From an uncultured Bacteroidales bacterium (GTDB lineage: Bacteria > Bacteroidota > Bacteroidia > Bacteroidales > UBA10428), in NCBI GenBank assembly GCA_963717995.1, contig CAVQXX010000001.1:14187-78186 (forward strand): 64,000 nt of DNA, in the 5' to 3' direction. Both the position numbers and the translations under genes were made by a program. The notes under the pieces were generated by a model, which saw nothing but the letters and a program-made list of their open reading frames with translations, was not told the DNA's origin and ran no database searches. Of the stretch, positions 19,587-28,377 are shown piece by piece; position 1 is the first letter of the stretch, and each line of letters opens with the position of its first letter.

Positions 19587-20630
19587 CAGCAATTTCTCTG
19601 CCAGCAACGTCCCCTCCACACGGGCCCTGATCTTCGCAAAAGCAGTTTCGCGGGTTGTGGATATGTCATCACAGAATGGTGAAAATCCGCAGTCATCCGT
19701 GGTTCCTAATTGATTTACCGGTATATATCGGGCTGCTTCCAGCACCCTGTCACGAACTTCTTCGGGCGTTTCAACCCTTGGATTGTTCACATCAATTACA
19801 CCAATGAATACAAACTGGTAGGGCTTGATGTATTTCTGAATTGTTTTCAGTACTTTTTCGTGATCAGGTTCGCTGGCCAACTGAAGATAAAAGTTACCCA
19901 CGTGCAATTCAAATAGCTCAGGCAGGAAATCGGAATAATCAATATCAGCACTGTGTGTGGCGTCATGATCAGCACCCGGACAAACATGGACCCCGATTTT
20001 CTTCTGTTCCTCTTTTGTAAATCGATCAAAAACCTGGTTATTCAATTGTATGAACTTCTTAAGAACGGATCCTGAAGGATCGAGTTTGAGTGAAAGTCTG
20101 CCCTCGGTAAAATCCATCTGCACCCTGGATGCATTTTGGCGCAAACATTGCCGGATGTCTTTTTCACATTCATTGATCAGGTCTTTCAGGAATTCTTCCC
20201 GGGAATAACCCCTGATTCCATCCGGTGGATAGATAAGGCTGATGGCAGAGGCAGAAATTACTGCCTGTTTTACCGGCAATTTGGCATATTTCTGGGCCCG
20301 TAGCAGGTATTGTACTGCATAATTATGATATCTGAATGGTCCATCTGTCAGCAGTGGCAATTGCCTGAAATGACCATCTGCAAAATCAATTTTCATACCT
20401 TTATTAGTCAGGTTGGACAGACCCTGCAAAGGATAAGTCACAAAACTTGCTTTCGACTGCTCTCCGTCAGTAATTACCGGTGATCCGGTTTTCTCAAAAA
20501 GGTCCACCGTTTCCCGAACTGCCTTATTAAATAATTCCTCCAGATGATTCTTACCGGAAGGTGAAGTTATGGCATCAATCAGTTCTTTGGAACGCGGAAT
20601 GCTGCCAATAGGTTCTGTAGGTATTTTCAT
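19581..20630 (-). CDS. cobalamin-independent methionine synthase II-like (MetE C-terminal/UROD fold) protein
   Basis: 349 aa. MKIPTEPIGSIPR start and putative Zn-ligand contexts GVHVCPG and DDCGFSPF. Confidence 0.7.
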   Translation of the reverse strand: MKIPTEPIGSIPRSKELIDAITSPSGKNHLEELFNKAVRETVDLFEKTGSPVITDGEQSKASFVTYPLQGLSNLTNKGMKIDFADGHFRQLPLLTDGPFRYHNYAVQYLLRAQKYAKLPVKQAVISASAISLIYPPDGIRGYSREEFLKDLINECEKDIRQCLRQNASRVQMDFTEGRLSLKLDPSGSVLKKFIQLNNQVFDRFTKEEQKKIGVHVCPGADHDATHSADIDYSDFLPELFELHVGNFYLQLASEPDHEKVLKTIQKYIKPYQFVFIGVIDVNNPRVETPEEVRDRVLEAARYIPVNQLGTTDDCGFSPFCDDISTTRETAFAKIRARVEGTLLAEKLLS

Positions 20631-20734
20631 GGTTTGCTTTTTAAAATAGTAGAAGGGTAAATAAAAACAACAACCATGATAAACAAAGCAGAAAGAAGAA
20701 TTGTTCTAATACTTAAAAGAGAATCAATTTCATT

Positions 20735-20865
20735 GCCACTAAGGCACTAAGACACAAAGTTTATTAATATATCCTGCTTTTAATTTGAATTGGCATATTA
20801 CAATTTCTATTGAAAAACATTTTATTAACATAAAAAATGCCTTTGTGCCTTCGTGACTTTGTGGC
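20735..20865. repeat. inverted arrays of the CAC(T/A)AAG word family
   Basis: GCCACTAAGGCACTAAGACACAAAG (20735-59) faces GCCTTTGTGCCTTCGTGACTTTGTGGC (20839-65). Same word family as 16834-17001. Confidence 0.5.
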
Positions 20866-20879
20866 ACATTTACACAAAA

Positions 20880-22376
20880 TCATTTCAGAAACACATTCCC
20901 TTTCACATCCGTTTCAACAACCCACCGTAATCCACCTATAAAAAGTTTATTCTGTGTCGCATCATCAAATATATGTGCACCGTGGCCCATGTTCATATAG
21001 ATCATCCTGAAACTGGTATTAGTCCATACCACAGGCAGGTCACCATCCGGAATAACATCCTTTAATCCCAGCGGATAGTTTTCAGGGGAAACACTCACAA
21101 GCACCTTGATATTTTTACGTTCCCGGGGGCTGGGTTTCCACTGGTACCATTCATTGGCCGGGGAAATGAAACCTGCAGGCAGACCCCTGGTTACCGGATG
21201 CTTCGGGTCATCAATGAGCAACCTGGCTGGAATGGGCGGCCAGCTGTTCCTGAAAAATACACCTCCACCCAGGAATTCAAGCAACCAGGGCCATTCGGTT
21301 GTACGGTCATTATACGCGGCTACATGAAATCCGTACCATCCCCCACCGTTTTCCATATATCGCTGAAAGGATTCACGTTGCAATTGGGTATGCGGAAAAT
21401 CATTCAGCATCATTACGACAGAATAATTCTTGAGCCTGGCATCATTTAACAACTCCATATTACTGGTGGTATCAAACACGAATCCGTTGCCTGAAGTAAG
21501 CTCATTAAAAAACTGAATCGCGTCCAGGGCAAATTTTACATGATCGGGTTCAACCTCCCGGGAAAAAAATGCAAGCACTTTAAACCGGGGATAAATGGCC
21601 TCTCCTGAATTTGCAGCCGCCCAAAGAATGGCATTGCTGACCATGGTTTTAAAGGCTTCATTATTAAGGAGTGCAGAATCATGACCCATCAGAAAATAGG
21701 CATTCCTTGCCTTCATATTTTCATTGGTCCAAACCACCGGATGATCTCCCATCTTAACGGTTGAACCGGGCTGATAGGATGATTCGTCCACAGTAGCCAA
21801 CACATGAACGTTAGGCCGGGGAGTTTTATTAAATGTGTACCACTCTTCTTCCGTAACAATGATACTTTTCTGCACATTTTTCATGATGGGGTGACCGCTG
21901 TCTTCCACATTGACAATACCGGCAGCCTTGCCGGGAATATAATCCCTGAACCTGATATCGCCCATAAAACCTGAAAACCAATCCCACATCGGATAACCAT
22001 CAAACTCACCCAGCAGGGTTGCATGGTGAAATCCGATCCATCCGCCACGACCTTCTTCAATATACTTCATAAACGCCGCCTTGGCCGTGTCAGTCCACAT
22101 ATAGGGCGGATAATTGAGCTGGATAAAGACCTGGTAATTTTTCAGGAAAGCCTCATTGATCGCCTTAGTATCATGGATTACAGTTATCTGGAAGTTATTT
22201 TCTTCTGCCACTCCTTTCAGCCATTTCAGGGCAACATTAACAAATCCCTCATGCTGACCGCCGTTTTCTGTCAGCACAACCGCCTTGAAATCATAGGCAT
22301 ATGCCGTGCAGCCGGGGGTTGTCACTGAAAGAGTCAGAAGTATTGCCACCAATGTTCTAATAATTGATCTGTTCAT
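20880..22376 (-). CDS. secreted protein with two ThuA-like (class-I glutamine-amidotransferase-like) domains
   Basis: 498 aa with a signal peptide. Two homologous halves carry GGWIGFHHA and GGWYGFHVA plus HPVVWTN and LPVVWTN. Confidence 0.65.
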   Translation of the reverse strand: MNRSIIRTLVAILLTLSVTTPGCTAYAYDFKAVVLTENGGQHEGFVNVALKWLKGVAEENNFQITVIHDTKAINEAFLKNYQVFIQLNYPPYMWTDTAKAAFMKYIEEGRGGWIGFHHATLLGEFDGYPMWDWFSGFMGDIRFRDYIPGKAAGIVNVEDSGHPIMKNVQKSIIVTEEEWYTFNKTPRPNVHVLATVDESSYQPGSTVKMGDHPVVWTNENMKARNAYFLMGHDSALLNNEAFKTMVSNAILWAAANSGEAIYPRFKVLAFFSREVEPDHVKFALDAIQFFNELTSGNGFVFDTTSNMELLNDARLKNYSVVMMLNDFPHTQLQRESFQRYMENGGGWYGFHVAAYNDRTTEWPWLLEFLGGGVFFRNSWPPIPARLLIDDPKHPVTRGLPAGFISPANEWYQWKPSPRERKNIKVLVSVSPENYPLGLKDVIPDGDLPVVWTNTSFRMIYMNMGHGAHIFDDATQNKLFIGGLRWVVETDVKGNVFLK

Positions 22377-22390
22377 GGGTTAAAGTTTTC

Positions 22391-22522
22391 TTATTTTATC
22401 TGATTTCTTACATGTACGACAACCTTATGACCCTCTGCAATTAACATCCTGGCAGCCATCTTGCCTAAGCCATCAGAAGAACCGGTAATAAATATCCTTT
22501 TTATAATTTTTTGCTTTAACAA
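22391..22522 (-). pseudogene. N-terminal remnant of a short-chain dehydrogenase (about 43 codons)
   Basis: KRIFITGSSDGLGKMAARMLIAEGHKVVV is an SDR Rossmann TGxxxGxG start followed by an early stop. The only ATG of the ORF lies inside the 8-mer repeat. Confidence 0.3.
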
Positions 22523-22559
22523 AAATACACAATATTTACTGCACGACTTTTTAACATTT

Positions 22560-22615
22560 GCACATTGGCATATTAGCATATTAGCATATTAGCACATTAT
22601 CAAATTTTCAAATTA
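22560..22615. repeat. 8-mer tandem array (7 units)
   Basis: GCACATTG GCATATTA GCATATTA GCATATTA GCACATTA TCAAATTT TCAAATTA. Confidence 0.7.
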
Positions 22616-22703
22616 TTTTTTTACAACCCGGGCCGTCTAATTTACGTATACTATTTTTATCACGTTATAGAATTAATTACTACTAACCAATTGTTTTTCA
22701 GCT

Positions 22704-25700
22704 ATGTTAACCTCCACCAGACCTCGTTATCTGGTTGCCTGCGCGTTATTTATTTTGCTCCCATTTTTACTTCAGGCCCAGCAAGGAAATCTCATCAGTT
22801 CCGGAAATGATCAGAAACAACTCTTAAAAGCCTACAGGCTCGTACTCGAAAAATCATCAGATGATTACCATGATGGTACTGCCATATGGGATAATGAATT
22901 GTTCCCGTCTTATGGCGAACATTCGGTTTACTGGATAACAAGCGGTGCCGGCAAGGGCAAATTTGTATACCCGGGCGCCCTGCCTCCGGATTACCAGCAC
23001 CTCAAAGGCACACCCTATAGCCATTATAATATAAGTGCCCAGAATCAGACCTCGGTACAATTCAAAAAACACCCCAAACGCATTGCCATTTTCAAAAGCA
23101 AATATAAAACCGGCGGCCTTACCCTTTCCTGGGAATCGATGTATTTCGAAAGGCTCTTTTCCGAGAACCTCATGGACGGCATATTCTATATTGTCAATGA
23201 GGATACCCTTACGGACAAAGGTCTTGATGCCAATACCGAATTATTGATCATTCCCGCTTTTGCTGCCAGGGATTCGAATTATACTTTTTATGCAGACAGC
23301 ATTTTTTCTGTAACTCCAGGACTTTCCGCGAGTATCAGGGCTTATACAACCCGGGGCGGAAGCATTTATGCCGAAGGGAACGGCGTATATTTTTTACAGA
23401 AGGCGGGGTATCTCGAAAACGGTGCGCTTAGCTACCCATCAGTGCCAAATGGCGGACTTGTTGCCGTTACTGAGGCTGCAACGGTAAGTGTGCTGAATCT
23501 CGGATTCAACGCCGCTAATAGCAAGTTATACGGATCCAGGTTCCCCGTTGTAAATTCATCACGAATCAACACCGCTGCCACTGTCACTTCTTCCGGAAGT
23601 CCCTGTATTTTCATGCTGAAGCCCGGCAGCACGTCCGGAAGCAGGATCATTTGCAATACCGGTCTGCCCACTGTAAACGGACTGGCAGATTCAGACTTCA
23701 AGAGTATGCAGATCAGCTGGACCATGACTGCTGTTTTATCCGCTTTCACTGCAGATGTGGACGTTACCCGAAAAGTACGGAATGTACTTCTTGGAACTAT
23801 GGCAACCGGCGATAATGCGATATCCTATGACAGGGCTGACACATTTACGGTCGAAGTCAGGGTCCGTAATCTTTCCGGACAGCCTGTATCCGGTGTTTTA
23901 CTGGAAGAAACCATCAAACCATATTTCAGTTTTCTCGATGTAACCTCGGGAGACAGTTATTCACTGTCGGGCCACCGGATTACCTTTTCAAATATTACAG
24001 TTGCCCCCAATTCCGAAATAGTAATAATCTACCGCGTTATTACCCCTAATGCTAACGACGATATCCACGAAGATGTGGACAAGTATATCAGCAAAGGAAC
24101 CCTGATTGCTGTTTCGGCTGCCAGGGCGAGTTATTCGCTGGGTAATTTTAATTATATCTATTCAAAGGATAAAGATTATGCTGATCTCCTGTTCAGCGCA
24201 AATATTATGGCTGATGCAGATGTTAACTGGAAAAACTTCCTTTATCTCGATTACCAGCCTTTCAAAGTATTCATGATCATGGAGAACAAATCGCGTTCCC
24301 CGGCATTGAACACGGTTTATTCCCAGTATATTCCGAAAGATGTTCCTTTCTATTGGAGCGACGGGTCGATCAATATCCCGATTTTAAAAACGCCTGGCGG
24401 AAAATACGTGGACGTATTACGGGGAAGCAATGTGCAGTCCAATCCCGATTTCGACATGGATTCCGACGGCCATCCCGATGTATGGCTTGATACTGCTTCC
24501 ATTTTCCCGAAAGGGTATAAACTCACTGAAGAATCAGTCTACTGGGCAAATCCATGGAATTATCTTCGTACCGGTGATAAAAGCATTACGTATGAAGACA
24601 TAGATCATGACGGCAGTATCGCCCTGGACAATGACGGTGATGGCATTGTGGATGTTGAAGAACCCGGAGACAAGATCAGGGTATGGAAGGTAACCTGGGA
24701 TATAGGACGGGTAGAAGGCTATGAGTACCACGATCCTTATTGCAGCTACGAAATATGGGTGGATCCTCCGGATCTTGTCCCGCTGGCTGCCGGCGTAGGA
24801 TATGTGCACGATTCAATACCTGATCCCTATCCCGGCATGTTCTATCCCTATACTGACGATATCAATTCAGCGGATATGGGAAATACCTCCTGGGACCGCT
24901 GGATGGAGAAAGACGCCAGTGACAAGGTGATCTGGAAACAACTGGTTCACCAGAAGATAAACAACTATGAAGGATTTACATTCATCGACACCGCTGATGT
25001 TAATTATCATCCCCTCCCCACCGACAGTGTGATCGGTACATGCCCGCAACCGCATCGCGAATTCCTGGCAGTCCTTTCGCTCGGCGGTGAAGAAATTGAC
25101 ATGACGCATTATACACCGGAACAGTCGCTCTATTCTAAAATCAACTATTCAACCGTATTTGGCGAGGACAAAATTACACCCATCCGCACAACATATGCTT
25201 ATTGGGCACCACTGCCAAATCCGCTGCAGTTTGAATACCTGTCGAACAACTACAGGATCATTGATTCACTCGGGCAGGAGGTCCAAAAGCTTCCTGAGCA
25301 TGGAAAGGCCAAACTTGTATTCGATATGGATGCATCCACGGAATATACCTATTACTGGATCCGGAATTATGGCCATGATGTGGATTATAATGATCCTTCA
25401 GAAACTATGGATGGAATTGAAAACCTGGGTGACGGGGTATTCGGGTATTTCGTGTATGCCATACCCAAAGGAATGGGAGGATACAGCATTTCCCTGCCTA
25501 AAAATGCCGACGGATCCTATAATACAGATTCCATCGTAAATATTGATGGCCTTCCCTTTACAAAATGGATCGATAACCCCAACACCCGAAATACAGTGGA
25601 GGTATGGGAAACTCCTTTTGAATACCAGGTTTATATACCTCAATTATTGATCCCGCCGGCCCTTGATGACAATAACTTTGACGGCACGGATGACTGGAAA

Positions 25701-28247
25701 GATGACAAGGGTGACAGGTTCCAATCGGAAACCGGCTTCCTGCACGACGCTTTTATGCCTGATGATGGTGAGGCCTGGGCTGCTTATCCTGCCGTGCCTT
25801 TCCAGGATGACATATATGGCCAGGTGAAATCAGGATGGTATAATGGAACAGATGGCACCTATGGCGATGACTTTTTTGAAGACCTGGGCAAGACCCATAT
25901 CCAGATCCATGCAAATTACACCGGTAAGGGCCGCGAAGGTGCGATTGAGATCAGCAAGGGCGGAGTTCTTGTTGCAGAAGAAATATTCGGTGGCTCGCCC
26001 TGGGTAATATTTTCCCATGTGCTTTCGGGATTCGCGGAAGGAACCGATTTGTCGGTTAAATCCCAGGTTATTCCTGAAATGGTATATTATGGAATTGACA
26101 CGGTTTACCTGAAACACATTGTGGCTGATACAAACGAACCCCATCATTTCGATGCGAATTTCGATCCGTATCATATTTCCTACGGCTATGGCGAATCAAC
26201 AATTACCACTTTTGCAGGAGCCAAAGATCCCTGCAGCCTGGTGGAACCTTCTGTTTCAATGCCTGCCATCCTCGATCCGGATTATGATCACCATACGGTG
26301 ACACTGATACCCAATGCGGATGCAGGTAATCCGGATTTAACCGGATACCCGAAACAGGTCACAGGGACCTTCATGGAAGTCAGGATTGAAGTAAGCAACA
26401 GTACGGATGATAACTGGGTCAATACAACCATTACTCCGCAACTGCCACCCGAACTTGGAAATTCCTCCGTGGAGCTCAGTTACGTCGCCTATCCGCGGCC
26501 GCTCGTTCCATCGCAATACAACCCCGGAACCGGGGAAATTGTAAAAGGTGACCAACCGGGAACCTTTACTACAGGGTGGCGGTTTAACCAGCCTGAAGGT
26601 GAGGTTCTCATTAAAATGGGAAATACGCTTAACCTGATGCAGCCCACACGTAGAGCTTACTTTATATTTCTTTTAAAAATTGACCCTGCCCTGAAGAACG
26701 GCATTTATGAAATCCCCTTCACCCTTTCAGGCAGCAAAAAACACTATTCAGGCGCCGATCATGGTTCAATCTCTTATGCTGTTCCTAACGCCATGCTCTG
26801 TATTGCCGATAAGAATGCCTCAGGCACTGTTTTGGAATTTGAAAAGATTATCCTAGCCCATTCGGCACTGAAATCACTTGATGTGGCGTTAACTGACAAA
26901 TTTGTGCCCACCGGCCGCGTTAAATGGTCGGTCATGGATTTTGGAAAAAATGATTTTGCAGGTGTTCCCGGGACATTGAAGGCCAGTGCCGATGGAAAGA
27001 TCGATCTTAGCCGGTTTACATCGTTCCCTGAAATGGATACAACCCAACTGGTCATTTTGCAGGAAGGTACGGTTGACAGTTATAATACAACTGCCGACAT
27101 GCTAAGGCTGACCGATGGGCAACTCTTACACTATATGACAAATGACGGTGCAAAGGCTGTGGCCTCGGATCGTTTGCTGGTAAAACCCGTCGGACCAAGG
27201 ATCCGGATCAGGAATTCAATTTACAGCGTGAATGGCGTAAGGGTTACCGACACCATTGTGTATGTGCCCGAACAGGAACTGTATGTGAAGACCCTGCTCA
27301 CAGCAAAAAATACAGGTTCCGACATTTCATCACAAACCCGGGTCAACATATTTCCCGGACCATTTTACCAGGTAGTAACCGACAGCCTGGATGTAAATTG
27401 TTCATTCAGCAACGGTTTGCTTTCAGTCGATTTTGGAGATATTATTCCGGGAGAGATGAAGGAACAGCTGTTGCCATTTGTTCTAAAGCCGGATCAATTG
27501 CCTGAGGGAATTGACATCCGCACATTGATAGAACAATCAAAGATCGATTATGAGGGAACCCTGGTCAACCTGGCTTTCCGGTTTACAGATACAAATAAGG
27601 TACTGCTCGATCTGTATGATTTTGAAGCAACCTCGATATCATTTAACGATTTGGGGAACGGACAGGTTCAGGTCAATGCAACCGCCGGGAACCGGGGGAT
27701 CATTGGCAAGGATGTATGGTTCAGGATATACCCGATTATTGGCGGAGGCACTTATGAATTCCCGATCGCGGAGATCAGGGTGGAGGACTTCGTTCCGGGC
27801 CAGCAAATTGATCTTTCGGGCATCTATGATCTTCCCGTAACGGATAAATCAATCGCATTTATTGCCATTGTGGATGACGGATATGATTTTGTTGAGATCA
27901 CTGAAGTGAATAACATCATCAAAACCGGGTATAATGTCACTGCAATAAATGATCACAAAACACAGGGCAAAAACCTTACTGTTTTCCCAATGCCGTTTGC
28001 CGATGACGTAAATTTTGAATATACCCTGGACAAAGACTATACAAACGTTACTTTGAAAGTCTTTGATCTGAACGGTAAGCTGAGGATGGAACTAAACAAT
28101 ATGCCCTCAGGGAATGGCGTGAATTCTGTGCAATGGAGAAGCACTGACCTGTCGGCAGGCAACTATATCTATAAGATTTCCGGCCAGGAAAATGCCGGCG
28201 TACCTGCAGTGATATTCACAGGCCGGTTGACGAAGATCAATAATTAA
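22704..28247 (+). CDS. 1847-aa secreted protein with a T9SS type-A C-terminal sorting domain, function unknown
   Basis: Signal peptide. The last ~80 aa (LTVFPMPFADDVNFEYTL...GNYIYKISG...TGRLTKI) fit a Por_Secre_tail. Asp-rich calcium-binding-like segments (DIDHDGSIALDNDGDGIVD). Confidence 0.8.
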   Translation: MLTSTRPRYLVACALFILLPFLLQAQQGNLISSGNDQKQLLKAYRLVLEKSSDDYHDGTAIWDNELFPSYGEHSVYWITSGAGKGKFVYPGALPPDYQHLKGTPYSHYNISAQNQTSVQFKKHPKRIAIFKSKYKTGGLTLSWESMYFERLFSENLMDGIFYIVNEDTLTDKGLDANTELLIIPAFAARDSNYTFYADSIFSVTPGLSASIRAYTTRGGSIYAEGNGVYFLQKAGYLENGALSYPSVPNGGLVAVTEAATVSVLNLGFNAANSKLYGSRFPVVNSSRINTAATVTSSGSPCIFMLKPGSTSGSRIICNTGLPTVNGLADSDFKSMQISWTMTAVLSAFTADVDVTRKVRNVLLGTMATGDNAISYDRADTFTVEVRVRNLSGQPVSGVLLEETIKPYFSFLDVTSGDSYSLSGHRITFSNITVAPNSEIVIIYRVITPNANDDIHEDVDKYISKGTLIAVSAARASYSLGNFNYIYSKDKDYADLLFSANIMADADVNWKNFLYLDYQPFKVFMIMENKSRSPALNTVYSQYIPKDVPFYWSDGSINIPILKTPGGKYVDVLRGSNVQSNPDFDMDSDGHPDVWLDTASIFPKGYKLTEESVYWANPWNYLRTGDKSITYEDIDHDGSIALDNDGDGIVDVEEPGDKIRVWKVTWDIGRVEGYEYHDPYCSYEIWVDPPDLVPLAAGVGYVHDSIPDPYPGMFYPYTDDINSADMGNTSWDRWMEKDASDKVIWKQLVHQKINNYEGFTFIDTADVNYHPLPTDSVIGTCPQPHREFLAVLSLGGEEIDMTHYTPEQSLYSKINYSTVFGEDKITPIRTTYAYWAPLPNPLQFEYLSNNYRIIDSLGQEVQKLPEHGKAKLVFDMDASTEYTYYWIRNYGHDVDYNDPSETMDGIENLGDGVFGYFVYAIPKGMGGYSISLPKNADGSYNTDSIVNIDGLPFTKWIDNPNTRNTVEVWETPFEYQVYIPQLLIPPALDDNNFDGTDDWKDDKGDRFQSETGFLHDAFMPDDGEAWAAYPAVPFQDDIYGQVKSGWYNGTDGTYGDDFFEDLGKTHIQIHANYTGKGREGAIEISKGGVLVAEEIFGGSPWVIFSHVLSGFAEGTDLSVKSQVIPEMVYYGIDTVYLKHIVADTNEPHHFDANFDPYHISYGYGESTITTFAGAKDPCSLVEPSVSMPAILDPDYDHHTVTLIPNADAGNPDLTGYPKQVTGTFMEVRIEVSNSTDDNWVNTTITPQLPPELGNSSVELSYVAYPRPLVPSQYNPGTGEIVKGDQPGTFTTGWRFNQPEGEVLIKMGNTLNLMQPTRRAYFIFLLKIDPALKNGIYEIPFTLSGSKKHYSGADHGSISYAVPNAMLCIADKNASGTVLEFEKIILAHSALKSLDVALTDKFVPTGRVKWSVMDFGKNDFAGVPGTLKASADGKIDLSRFTSFPEMDTTQLVILQEGTVDSYNTTADMLRLTDGQLLHYMTNDGAKAVASDRLLVKPVGPRIRIRNSIYSVNGVRVTDTIVYVPEQELYVKTLLTAKNTGSDISSQTRVNIFPGPFYQVVTDSLDVNCSFSNGLLSVDFGDIIPGEMKEQLLPFVLKPDQLPEGIDIRTLIEQSKIDYEGTLVNLAFRFTDTNKVLLDLYDFEATSISFNDLGNGQVQVNATAGNRGIIGKDVWFRIYPIIGGGTYEFPIAEIRVEDFVPGQQIDLSGIYDLPVTDKSIAFIAIVDDGYDFVEITEVNNIIKTGYNVTAINDHKTQGKNLTVFPMPFADDVNFEYTLDKDYTNVTLKVFDLNGKLRMELNNMPSGNGVNSVQWRSTDLSAGNYIYKISGQENAGVPAVIFTGRLTKINN

Positions 28248-28277
28248 TTTACGATTTACGATTTACGATTTACGATT
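28247..28277. repeat. heptamer tandem repeat (ATTTACG x4 plus a partial unit) starting in the stop codon
   Basis: taATTTACGATTTACGATTTACGATTTACGATTATT. Same word as at 36329-36362. Confidence 0.75.
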
Positions 28278-28300
28278 ATTTTACCGGAGACGGAAGAGGA

Positions 28301-28331
28301 GACCTCCAAGGTTTTGAAAACCTTGGAGGTC
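28301..28331 (+). terminator. perfect 31-nt palindromic hairpin, likely intrinsic terminator
   Basis: GACCTCCAAGGTTTT-G-AAAACCTTGGAGGTC followed by TTATT, 54 nt after the stop of the 1847-aa gene. Confidence 0.6.
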
Positions 28332-28377
28332 TTATTCGGGCTTATATGATATCATATAAAATGCTTTTATTATCCTT

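Noticed and set aside
20631-20880. SAM or cobalamin riboswitch upstream of the MetE-like gene
   Set aside because: The leader is AT-rich and dominated by the CACAAAG-type arrays. None of the GC-rich conserved cores that I associate with those riboswitches is visible.
28247-28277. Heptamer and octamer tandem arrays (also at 36329 and 22560) considered as CRISPR-like or as coding repeats
   Set aside because: The units are only 7-8 nt with no spacers. They lie outside convincing ORFs, so they are treated as intergenic microsatellite-like arrays.
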